A stretch of 64,000 bases of DNA, from the NCBI RefSeq assembly GCF_044704955.1, contig NC_091979.1, forward strand, positions 110,174,001 to 110,238,000, in the 5' to 3' direction. The translations under genes were made by a program, and so were the position numbers. Below the pieces are notes generated by a model that was not told the DNA's origin, did no database searches, and saw only the letters and a program-made list of their open reading frames with translations. This stretch comes from Pristiophorus japonicus. Taxonomy: Eukaryota. Shown here one piece after another: positions 12,310-23,815 of this stretch. Position 1 is the stretch's first letter. Each line of letters starts with the position of its first letter.

Positions 12310-14270
12310 ATTCTCATCTCAGTCCTAAATGGCTTATCCCTTATCCTTAGACTGTGTCCCCTGGTTCTGGACTTCCCCAGCATCAAGAACATTCTTCCTG
12401 CATCTAACCTGTCCAGTCCCATCAAAATTTTATATGTTTCTATGAGATCCCCTCTCATCCTTCTAAACTCCAGTGAATACAGACCCAGTCGATCCAGTCT
12501 CTCCTCATATGTCAGTTCTGCCATCCCGGCAATCAGTCTGGTGAACCTTTGCTGCACTCTCTCAATAGCAAGAACGTCCTTGCTCAGATTAGGAGACCAA
12601 AACTGAACACAATATTCCAGGTGAGGCCTCACCAAGGCCCTGTGCAACTGCAGTAAGACCTCCCTGCTCCTATACTCAAATCCTCTCGCTATGAAGGCCA
12701 GCATACCATTTGCCTTCTTCACCGCCTGTTGTACCTGCATGCAGCTTTCAGTGACAGATGTACCATGACACCCAGGTCTCGTTGCACCTCCCCTTTTCCT
12801 AATTTGCCGCCATTCAAATGATATTGTGTCCTCGTGTTTCTACTGCATCTGCCATGCATTTGCCCACTCACCTAACCTGTCCAAGTCAACCTGCAGCCTC
12901 TTAGCGTCCTCCTCACAGCCCACACCACCACCCAGCTTAGTGTCATCTGCAAACTTGGAGATATTACACTCATTTCCTTCATCTACATCATTAACGTATA
13001 TTGTAAATAGTTGGGGTCCCAGCACTGAGCCCTTCGGCACCCCACTAGTCACTGCCTGCCATTCTGAAAAGGACCCGTTTAATCCCAACTCTCTGCTTCC
13101 TGTCTGCCAACCAGCTCTCTATCCATATCAGTAGATTACCCCAATACATTGCGCTTTCATTTTGCACACCAATCTCTTGTGTGGGACCTTGTCAAAAGCC
13201 TTTTGAAAGTCCAAATACACCACATCCACTGGTTCTCCCTTGTCCACTCTACTAGTTACATCCTCAAAAAATTCCAGAAGATTTGTCAAGCATGATTTCC
13301 CCTTCATAAATCAATGTTGACTTGGACCGATCCTGTCACTGTTTTCCAAATGCGCTACTATTACATCTTTAATAATTGATTCCAACATTTTCCCCACTAG
13401 GGGATGTCAGGGTAACCGGACTATAATTATCGGTTTTCTCTCCCTCCTTTTTTAAAAAGTGGTGTTACATTAGCTACCCTCCAGTCCATAGGAACTGATC
13501 CAGAGTCGATAGACTGTTGGAGAATGATCACCAATGCATCCACTATTTCTGGGGCCACTTCCTTAAGTACTCTAGGATGCAGACGATCAGACCCCGGGGA
13601 TTTATCCACCTTCAATCCCATCAATTTCCCTAACACAATTTCCCGCCTAATAAAGATTTCCTTCAGTTCCTCCTTCTCACTAGACCCTCAGTCCCCTAGT
13701 ATTTCCGGAAGGTTATTTGTGTCTTCCTTCGTGAAGACAGAACCAAAGTTTTTGTTCAATTGGCCTGCCATTTCTTTGTTCCCCATTATAAATTCACCTG
13801 ATTCTGACTGCAAGGGACCTATGTTTGTCTTCACTAATCTTTTTCTCTTCACGTATCTATAGAAGCTTCTGCAGTCAGTTTTTATGTTCCCAGAAAGCTG
13901 CCTCTCATACTCTATTTTCCCCCTCCTAATTAAACCCTTTGTCCTCCTCTGCTGAATTCGAAATTTCTCCCAGTCCTCTGCTTTTTCTGGCCAATTTATA
14001 TGCCTCTTCCTTGGATTTAACATTATCCTCGATTTCCCTGGTTAGCCACGATTGAGCCACCTTTCCCGTTTTACTTTTACTCCAGGCAGGGATGTACAAT
14101 TGTTTAAGTTCATCCACGTGATCTTTACATGTTTGCCATTACCTATCCACCGTCAACCCTTTAAGTATCATTCGCCAGTCTATTCAAGCCAATTCACGTC
14201 TCATACCATCGAAGTTACCTTTCCTTAAGTTCAGGACCCGAGTCTCTGAATTAACTGTGTCACTCTCCAT
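12310..14270 (-). mobile_element. CR1 LINE ORF2 fragment
   Basis: KSPGSDRLHPRVLKE, GVPKGSVLGPQLF, KFADDTKL, RPHLEYCVQFWSP. Confidence 0.9.
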
Positions 14271-14870
14271 TCGGACACTCTCTATATTAGGACAGTTGAA
14301 GTCCCCCATTATCACGACTCTATAGTTCTTGCACTGCTCTGTAATTTCCCAGCAAAATTGCTCCTCTTGTCCTTTCCATTAGTTGATGGCCTATAGAATA
14401 CACCTAGTAGTTTAAAGCCACCTCTATTGTTTCTTAACTCAAACCAAATAGACTCTGTCCTTGATCCCTTCAGGACTTGCTCTCTCTCCAGCACTGTAAG
14501 ATTCTCCTTAAGTAATACTGCCACCTTACCTCCTTTCTTTCCTTCCCTACCTTTCCTGAACACTTTATATCCAGGAATATTTATGACCCAATCCTGTCTT
14601 TTTTTGAGCCAGGTTTCCATTATCGCCACATCATATTCCCATGTGGCTATTTGTGCCTGCAACTTACCAACCTTATTTACCACATTTAATACATTCACAC
14701 ACATGCACTGTAAACCTATCTTAGACCTTCTTGTATTCTCTCTAAGTTTGACTCCATCTAATACCGTACTATTTCTTACTCTAAATGCCACCTGTCTCTC
14801 CTAATCCTTTGTGCACCCTGTTTCTCCTATCTAATGCTACATCCTGGTGTCCACTGCCCTGCCAGTCTAA
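14271..14870 (-). mobile_element. CR1 LINE endonuclease N-terminal fragment
   Basis: ORF 14312-14791 contains YDVAIMETWL, IPGYKVFRKGREG and LLGVFYRP (APE endonuclease). Confidence 0.82.
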
Positions 14871-15128
14871 TTTGTGTAACAGTTTCTGTTTTTAAATTAT
14901 TTTTGTGAATCTTGTGCTTATCAAATTGAAGGATTTTAGTGCTGCAGAACACAATAATTTTCATATCGGACAACCAATGACAGCATAAAATGTGCCCAGT
15001 TGAGGTACAGCTGACTAATTTCAGAATTAACAAAACTCTTTCATGCATCAGAATTACATACACAGTTTAGGAAAATAGTAATTGATAGATCAAATGAAAG
15101 AATTTATTTAAAACTAGAGATTACATAC

Positions 15129-15331
15129 GCCGGTTGTTGAATAACCCTTGATTTTTCCAACAGATATTCAGAGATTTTTGCTCCCATTACAGCCCCTGCG
15201 AGAGTGAATTTCATTTCTAGATATTTCCCAAATCGACTGGAATTATCATTGATTGCAGTGCAAGCATTTCCAAAGGCTTCCACGAGTGGATTAACTTGAA
15301 GAATTTTCTCACGCAGAGCACGGTTATTAGC
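15129..15331 (-). CDS. MYO3B: MYO3B coding exon (switch-1 region: [67 protein letters not shown])
   Basis: Acceptor ctattgcag|GCT and donor GC|gtatgt. 203 bp. Contains VEAFGNA and NDNSSRFGK myosin motifs. Confidence 0.97.
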
Positions 15332-15935
15332 CTGCAATAGTGTAAAGCATCTGTGCATTAGTCAAAAATAAATCTTATTGAAAATAAATTTTGCGATTAT
15401 AATTGTAAGATCCTTCTTTGATTTCTGATTGGTATAGATGTGACCAGAATGCAGAACTGCAGGGGAAAAGCAGTCATGACAGTTACCAGTGTGGAAACTG
15501 TTAATACAGCGTGTGGGAGATTGGGGCAGGGGCAGGTGTCAGGTCACCCATTGGAACGATAGCGACATGTTTGGCCACCAATACAAGCGCTAGCAGCAGC
15601 AGCAGGTTGGTAAACAGCAGGAGCAGGAATCATTGTCCAACTCGTACGTCAGAGTAGGACTGTGGTAAACATCAGAAACCCTGCTTCAGGCCGCGGACAG
15701 CCTGTGAACAGTGTCACAGAAGATCAGCAGGTATGAAAATAAAATTAAATCGGAACATATGACAAAGGTAAAAAGTTTTAAATTCTGTATTTAAATACAA
15801 ATGCAAAATGATCCTAAAATGCTGCATTTTCACTATTATAAAAACCAAAAACATAAAGTACAATAGTACCCATTTCAGAGATACATTGCATTAAGGTGGT
15901 TTAACATTAACAACTTATTATTGTACCAAACGTAC

Positions 15936-16019
15936 CTTTCCCAGATAGGTTAAGTGTTGAACAATCAAATGTGCGCTCTCTGTCTTCCCAGCACCACTTT
16001 CTCCACTTATGATAATACA
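15936..16019 (-). CDS. MYO3B: MYO3B coding exon (P-loop: [28 protein letters not shown])
   Basis: Acceptor catactag|TGT and donor AAG|gtacgt. 84 bp. Contains the [11 protein letters not shown]-binding loop. Not listed in the ORF track. Confidence 0.97.
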
Positions 16020-16197
16020 CTAGTATGGTCAAAACAAATGACAAAACATACCAATAAGGGATGGTTAATAGGCAACTCTTATGAAATTCTGCACCAGAGC
16101 ACACACAACTTTACAATGCTCTTCTGAAGTGCTGGAAAAACATCTCACTCAAACAGAAACAGCTTTTATTATTAAATTGTAACCAAGAAAATGCAAA

Positions 16198-16896
16198 AGT
16201 GCAGGTAATCAGGAAGGCAAATGGAATGTCAGGTAATCAGGAAGGCGAATGGAATGTTGGCCTTCATTGCGAGAGGGATGGAGTACAAAAGCAGGGAGGT
16301 CCTTCTGCAACTGTACAGGGTATTGGTGAGGCCGCACCTGGAGTACTGCGTGCAGTTTTGGTCACCTTACTTAAGGAAGGATATACTAGCTTTAGAGGGG
16401 GTACAGAGACAATTCACTGGGCTGATTCCGGAGATAAGGGGGTTACCTTATGATGATAGATTGAGTAGACTGGGTCTTTACTCGTTGGAGTTCAGAAGGA
16501 TGAGGGGTGATCTTATAGAAACATTTAAAATAATGAAAGGGATGGACAAGATAGAGGCAGAGAGGTTGTTTCCACTGGTCAGGGAGACTAGAACTAGGGG
16601 GACAGCCTCAAAATACAGGGGAGCCAATTTAAAACCGAGTTGAGAAGGAATTTCTTCTTCCAGAGGGTTGTGAATCTGTGGAATTCTCTGCCCAAGGAAG
16701 CAGTTGAGGCTAGCTCATTGAATGTATTCAAGTCACAGATAGATAGATTTTTAACCAATAAGGGAATTAAGGGTTATGGGGAGCGGGCGGGTAAGTGGAG
16801 CTGAGTCCACGGCCAGATCAGCCATGATCTTGTTGAATGGCGGAACAGGCTCGAGGGGCTAGATCTACTCCTGTTCCTAATTCTTATGTTCTTATG
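16198..16896 (+). mobile_element. CR1 LINE 3' end
   Basis: RPHLEYCVQFWSPYLRKD...RGDLIETFKIMKG. Tail ttcttatgttcttatg. Confidence 0.9.
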
Positions 16897-17079
16897 TAAA
16901 AATCTTAAAACCCTGAAGCAATTAAGTTCAAAGAACAATGTTATCTTTATAAAACAAATGCAATGTAATTTTTTTTTTAATCTTATAAAACCGCTGTCTG
17001 GAACATCTTTTATAGAACTTGCCACAAAAAAACGTAACGTTAAACACCAAAATATTTTTTTAGCACAGATGTAAAATAA

Positions 17080-17755
17080 GATTGATGCTGGAAATCTGAA
17101 ATAAAAACAGAAATTACTGGAAATACTCAGCAGATCAGGCAGCATCTGTGGAAAGAGAAACAGAGTTAACATTTCAGGTCAATGATCCTTCATCAGAACT
17201 GGAAATAGTTCGAGATGTAACAGGTTTTAAGCCAGTATAGAGGCAGGGAAAGGGGGGAGGGGAAGAAAGAAAAAAAACAGAAGGTCTGTGATCGGGTGAA
17301 AGGTAGAAGTGATTAAATGACAAAAGTGATGATGATGCCAGGAGAAAGGAGATGATAATGGGACAAGTAAAGAAACAAAAGATGGGTCTAAAATGAGGAG
17401 TAAATGGGAATTTCAGAATCATCAGCAACAGCCGCCGTCCAATAAAATGGGGGGAGAGGTTATGATTGGAAATTGTTGAACTCAATGTTGAGTCCAGAAA
17501 GCTGTAAAGTGCCTAATAGAAAGATGAGGTGTTATTCCTCGAGTTTATATTGAGTTTCATTGGAATAGTGTACGAGGCCAAGGACAGAGAGGTCAGAGTG
17601 GGAGTGGGGTGGAGAATTAAAATTACAGGTGACTGGAAGCTTGGGGTCACGCTTGCGAACTGAATGGAGGTGTTCTGCACAGCAGTCACCCAATCTGCGT
17701 TTGGTCTCTCCAATGTAGAGGAGATTGCATTGTGGGCAGCGAATACAGTGCAGAG
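17080..17755 (-). mobile_element. Penelope-like retroelement 3' part (GIY-YIG endonuclease remnant plus 3' repeat)
   Basis: Minus strand reads YSLPTMQSPLHWRDQTQ in one frame and CIRCPQCNLLYIGETKRRLGD.CAEHLHS in another, which is GIY-YIG type. Followed by a CTGATGA...GAAA hammerhead-like tail. Confidence 0.75.
17164..17200 (-). ncRNA. Minimal type I hammerhead ribozyme-like motif (PLE-associated)
   Basis: Minus strand: AGTT-CTGATGA-AGGatcattgaCCT-GAAA-tgtt-AACT. Core boxes, stem II AGG/CCT and stem I AGTT/AACT are present. Confidence 0.55.
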
Positions 17756-18329
17756 TAAGGTGAGGCTTAAATGCTTAACTGCTGGTGAAAAGCTAGGCAA
17801 CAGCCCTATGAGTTGACTGCCCATAATTTTGTGAGGCCAGCTCACATACAGAATTATCCATAGTTGACTGGACAGCTAGCCTAATGGAGCACCACAAAAT
17901 CATGCTGAAATTCAAAGGGATGTGGCCAATTAGATATAGATGGCGGGTGGGGGGATGGGTTAATTTTGAAAGCCATTCAACAGACTCAAAATCCATGTCA
18001 TATTTTTGGCTTTTAATATGGAAGTAGTGGGGAGGGTTAGCCTGTTTGCACTCCAATGCATCCTTCCCAGAGGATGGCAGTGATTCATGCCTGGTAGGAA
18101 GTGGTGGCCAAGTGCAATGCTGCATATATTACCTTTTTTCTTAAAATGTATTAATTCAGGAGATGTGGGTGTCAATTGCAAAGTCTGCATTTTTTGCCCT
18201 TTCCACATTACCCTTGAGAAAGTGGTGTTGAGCTGCCTTCTTGAACTGCTGCAGTCTGCACGGAGCAGGTACTATCATGGTGCTATTAGGTAGGGAGTTC
18301 CAGGATTTTGACCCAGCGACTATGAAACA

Positions 18330-18965
18330 ATGGCAACTTGGAAGAAGGGACTGAGTGTAACGTAGTCAAGTTTTCTGATGATACAAAGCTGGGAGGAAAA
18401 GCAATGTCTGAGGAGGACACAAAAAATCTGCAAAAGGTCACAGACAGGCTAAATGAGTGGGCAAAAATTTGGCAGATGGAATATAATGTTGGAAAGTGTG
18501 AGATCATGCACTTTGGCAAAAAAAATCAAAGAGCAAGTTATTATTTAAATGTAGAAAAATTGCAAAGTGCCACAGTACAGCGGGACCTGGGATACTTGTG
18601 CATGAAACACAAAAGGATAGTATGCAGGTACAGCATCATATTTTCTATCTGTTTCCTCATCCAGGAAGCTCTGGCTTTAGTTGCCCTGCCTTCCCCATCG
18701 TGGGAATGTATCTTGAATGTACCCAAACTATTTCCTCTTAAAGGCAGCCCATTGCTCGACTACAGTTTTGCCTGTCAATCTTTGATTCTTACCTGGGCCA
18801 GATCTGTTCTCATCCCAGTTAAACATTGGCATTCTCCCAGTTAAATATTTTTACTCGAGATTATTCCCTGTCCTTTTCCATATTTAATCTAAACCTTATG
18901 ATACTATGATCACTGTTCCCTAAATGTTCATCTACTGACACTTATTCCACTTGACCCACCATCTC
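18330..18965. mobile_element. CR1 LINE fragments (plus then minus)
   Basis: KFSDDTKLGG...WQMEYNVGKC on plus. KARASW/DHSIIRF-type sequence on minus after about 18636. Confidence 0.7.
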
Positions 18966-19314
18966 TTCTTCACCAGTGAGGTCTTTTTCTCCAGGTCAGG
19001 ACTCTGCTCATAAATTCTGTGCCATCTTGTAAAAGCAGCAAAGTAGTCTCAAGATGTCAAAAGTGAAAGGGGCACATTTACAGTGACCAACTTGTGCCAA
19101 TCTGTAGGACAGCCAGTAAACAACGATACATTATTGGTGATGCTACAACGATTAGAGGTGTGATGCCCATAATATGTTGTATTTTTGACTGTGTACCCTG
19201 CTGTGGTATGGGTGAGATGCTTTGGCAGAGCTGTAACTTTGCATGAGATTTGGCATCGGCGAACATGTTGACAGACAACACTTTGTAGCATGCACTCTTA
19301 GACTGTTTACTGAT

Positions 19315-21160
19315 ACATAGAAATATAGAAACATAGAAACATAGAAACATATAAAGTAGGTGCAGGGGTCGGCCATTCGGCCCTTCGAGCCTGCACCAAC
19401 ATTCAATATGATCATGGCTGACCATGCAACTTCAGTACACTATTCCTGCTTTCTCTCCATACCCCTTGATCCCTTTAGCCATAAGGGCCACATCTAACTC
19501 CCTTTTGAATATATCTAACAAACTGGCCTCAACAACTTTCTGTGGTAGAGAATTCCACAGGTTCACAATTCTCTGAGTGAAGAAGTTTCTCCTCATCTCG
19601 GTCCTAAATGGCTTACACCTTATCCTTAGACTGTGGCCCCTGGTTCTGGACTTCCCCAACATCGGGAACATTCTTCCTGCATCTAACCTGTCCAATCCCG
19701 TCAGAATTTTATAGGTTTCTATGAGATCCCCTCTCATTCTTCTAAATTACAGTGAATATAAAGCTAGTCAATCCAGTCTTTCTTCATATGTCAGTCCTGC
19801 CATCCCAGGAATCAGTCTGGTGAACCTTCGCTGCACTCCCTCAATAGCAAGAATGTCCTTCCTCAGATTAGGAGACCAAAACTGCACACAATATTCAAGG
19901 TGTGGTCTCACCAAGGCCCTGTACAAATGCAGTAAGCCCTCCTTGCTCCGATACTCAAATCCCCTCGCTATGAAGACCAGCATGCCATTTGCTTTCTTTA
20001 CCGCCTGCTGTAGCTTAATGCCTACCTTCAATGACTGATGCACCATGACACCCAGGTCTCGTTGCACCTCCCCTTTTCCTAATCTGCCACCATTCAGATA
20101 ATAATCTGCCTTCCTGTTTTTGCCACCAAAGTGGATAATATCACACTTATCCACATTATACTGCATCTGCCATGCATTTGCCCACTCAGCTAACCTGTCT
20201 AAGTTGCCCTGCAGCCTCCTAGCATCTTCCTCGCAACTCACACCGACACCCAGCTAAGTGTCATCTGCAAACTTGGAGATATTACATTCAATTCCTTCGT
20301 CTAAATCATTAATGTATATTGTAAATAGCTGGAGTCCCAGCACTGAACCCTGCGGCACCCCACTAGTCACTGCCTGCCATTCTGAAAAGGACCCGTTTAT
20401 TCCCACTCTTTGCTTCCTGTCTACCAACCAGTTCTCTATCCACATCAATACATTACCCCCAAAACCATGTGCCTTAATTTTGCACACTAATCTCTTGTGT
20501 GGAACCTTGTCAAAAGCCTTTTGAAAATCCAAATACATCACATCCATTGATTCTCCCTTGTCCATTCTACTAGTTACATCCTCAAAAAACTCTCGAAGAT
20601 TTGTCAAGCATGATTTCCCTTTCATAAATCCATGCTGACTTGGACCGATCCTGTCACTGCTTTCCAAATGCGCTGCTATTACATCTTTAAGAATTGATTC
20701 CAGCATTTTCCCCACCACCGATGTCAGGCTAACTTCCTGTTTTCTCTCCCTCCTTTTTTAAAAAGTGGTGTTACATTAGCTACCCTCCAGTCCATAGGAA
20801 CTGAACCAGAGTCCATGGAATGTTGGAAAATGACCACCAATGCATCTTCTATTTCTAGGACCACTTCCTTAAGTACTCCGGGATGCAGACTATCAGGCCC
20901 TGGGGATTTAGTGGCCTTCAGTCCCTTCAATTTCCTCAACACCATTTCCTGACTTATAAGGATTTCCATCAGTTCCCCCTTCTCGCTAGACCCTCGGTCC
21001 CCTAGTATTTTTGGGAGGTTATTCGTGTCTTCCTTAGTGAAGACAGAACCCAAGTATTTGTTCAATTTCTCTGCCATTTCCTTGTTTCCCATGATGAACT
21101 CCCCTGATTCTGGCTGCAAAGGGCCTACATTAGTCTTTATTAATCTTTTTCTCTTCACAT
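19315..21160 (-). mobile_element. CR1 LINE, 3' half of a near full-length copy
   Basis: (CATAGAAA)n tail at 19316-19350. RT motifs [30 protein letters not shown]. Continues at 23816. Confidence 0.92.
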
Positions 21161-23815
21161 CACGGAGACATGGCTTCAGGGTGACCAAGGCTGCGAACTC
21201 AACATCCAAGGGTATTCAGCATTTAGGAAGGATAGACAGAAAGGAAAAGGAGGCGGGTGGCGTTGCTGGTTAAAGAGGAAATTAATGCAATAGTAAGGAG
21301 GGACATTAGCCTGGATGATGTGGAATCGGTATGGGTGGAGCTGCGGAATTCCAAAGGGCAGAAAACGCTAGTGGGAGTTGTGTACAGACCACCAAACAGT
21401 AGTAGTGAGGTTGGGGACAGCATCAAACAAGAAATTAGGGTGCATGCAATAAAGGTACAGCAGTTATCATGGGTGACTTTAATCTACACATTGATTGGGC
21501 TAACCAAACTGGCAGCAATGCGGTGGAGAAGGATTTCCTGGAGTGTATTAGGGATGGTTTGTCGACCAATATGTCAAGGAACCAGCGAGAGAGCTGGCCA
21601 TCCTAGACTGGGTGATGTGTAATGAGAAGGGACTAATTAGCAATCTTGTTGTGCGAGGCCCCTTGGGGAAGAGTGACCATAATATGGTAGAATTCTTTAT
21701 TAAGATGGAGCGTGACACAGTTAATTCGGAAACTAGGGTCCTGAACTTAAGGAAAGGTAACTTCGACGGTATGAGGCATCAACTGGCTCGAATAGACTGG
21801 CAAAGGATACTTAAAGGGTTGACGGATAAGCAATGGCAAACATTTAAGATCACATGGATGAACTTCAGCAATTGTACATCCCTGTCTGTAGTAAAAATAA
21901 AACGGGGACGGTTGGCAAGGGAAATTAAGGATAGTGTTAAAACCAAGGAAGAGGCAGATAATTTGGCTAGAAAAAGCAACAAACCTGAGGACTGGGAGAA
22001 ATTTGGAATTCAACAGAGGAAGACTAAGGGTTTAATTAAGAGGGGGGAAATAGAGTATGAGAGGAAGCTTGCAGGGAACATAAAAACTGACTGCAAAAGC
22101 TTCTATAAATATGTGAAGAGAAAAAGATTAGTGAAGACAAACGTAGGTCCTTTGCGGTCAGATTCAGGTGAATTTATAATGGAGAACAAAGAAATGGCAG
22201 ACCAATTGAACAAATACTTCGGTTCTGTCTTCACGAAGCAAGACACAAATAACCTTCTGAGTGTACCAGGGGACAGTAGGTCTTATGAGAAGGAGGAACT
22301 GAAGGATATCCTTATTAGGCGGGAAATTGTGTTAGGGAAATTGATGGGATTGAAGGTGGATAAATCCCCGGGGCCTGATAGTCTGCATCCCAGAGTACTT
22401 AAGGAAGTGGCCCTCAAAATAGTAGATGCATTGGTGATCATTTTCCAACAGTCTATTGACTCTGGATCAGTTCCTATGGACTGGAGGGTAACTAATGTAA
22501 CACCACTTTTTAAAAAAGGGAGAGAGAAAACGGGAAATTATAGACCAGTTAGCCTGACATCAGTAGTGGGGAAAATGTTGGAATCAATCATTGAGGATGA
22601 AATAGCAGCGCATTTGGAAAGCAGTGACAGGATCGGACCAAGTCAGCACAGATTTATGAAAGGGAAATCATGCTTGACGAATCTTCTGGAATTTTTTGAG
22701 GACATAACTAGCAAAGCGGACAAGGGAGAGCCAGTGGATGTGGTGTATTTGGACTTTCAAAAGGCTTTTGACAAGGTCCAGCACAAGAGATTGGTGTGCA
22801 AAATCAAAGCGCATGGTATTGGGGGTAATGTACTGACGTGGACAGAGAACTGGTTGGCAGACAGAAAGCAGAGAGTCGGGATAAAGTTTGCGGATGACAC
22901 TAAACTGGGTGGCGGTGTAAGCTGTGAGGAGGAGGCTAAGAGGCTGCAGGGTGACTTGGACAGGTTAGGTGAGTGGGCCAATGCATGGCAGATGCAGTAT
23001 AATGTGGATAAATGTGAGGTTATCCACTTTGGGGACAAAAACACGAAGGCAGAATATTATCTGGATGGCGGCAGATTAGGAAAACGGGAGGTGCAACGAG
23101 ACCTGGGTATCATGGTTCATCAGTCACTGAAAGTGGGCATGCAGGTACAGCAGGCAGTGAAGAAGGCAAATGGTATGTTGGCGTTCATAGCAAGGGGATT
23201 TGAGTACAGGAGCAGGGAGGTCTTACTTCAGTTGTACAGGGTCTTAGTGAGGCCTCACCTGGAATATTGTGTACAGTTTTGGTCTCCGAATCTGAGGAAG
23301 GACGTTCTTGCTATTGAGGGAGTACAGTGAAGGTTCACCAGACTGATTCCAGGGATGGCTGGACTGTCATATGAAGAGAGACTGGATCAACTGGGCCTTT
23401 ATTCACTGGAGTTTAGAAGGATGAGAGGGGATCTCATAGAAACATATAAGATTCTGACAGGACTGGACAGGTTAGATGCGGGAAGAATGTTCCCGATGTT
23501 GGGGAAGTCCAGAACCAGGGGACACAGTCTTAGGATAAGAGGTAGGCCATTTAGGACTGAGATGAGGAGAAACTTCATCACTCAGAGAGTTGTTAACCTA
23601 TGGAATTCCCTGCCGTAGAGAGTTGTTGATGCCAGTTCATTGGATATATTCAAGAGGGAGTTAGATATGGCCCTTACTGCTAAGGGGATCAAGGGGTATG
23701 GAGAGAAAGCAGGAAAGGGGTACTGAGGGAATGATCAGCCATGATCTTATAGAATGGTGGTGCAGGCTCGAAGGGCCGAATTGTCTACTCCTGCACCTAT
23801 TTTCTATGTTTCTAT
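21161..23815 (+). mobile_element. CR1 LINE (endonuclease to 3' end) inserted antisense into a same-family copy
   Basis: 572-aa ORF 21612-23330 is EN/RT with an internal deletion. 3' tail ttttctatgtttctat at about 23800-23815. Confidence 0.93.

Noticed and set aside
21612-23330. 572-aa ORF as a host gene or active LINE
   Set aside because: It is CR1 ORF2 with an internal RT deletion (RVGI directly joined to KFADD) and a premature stop.
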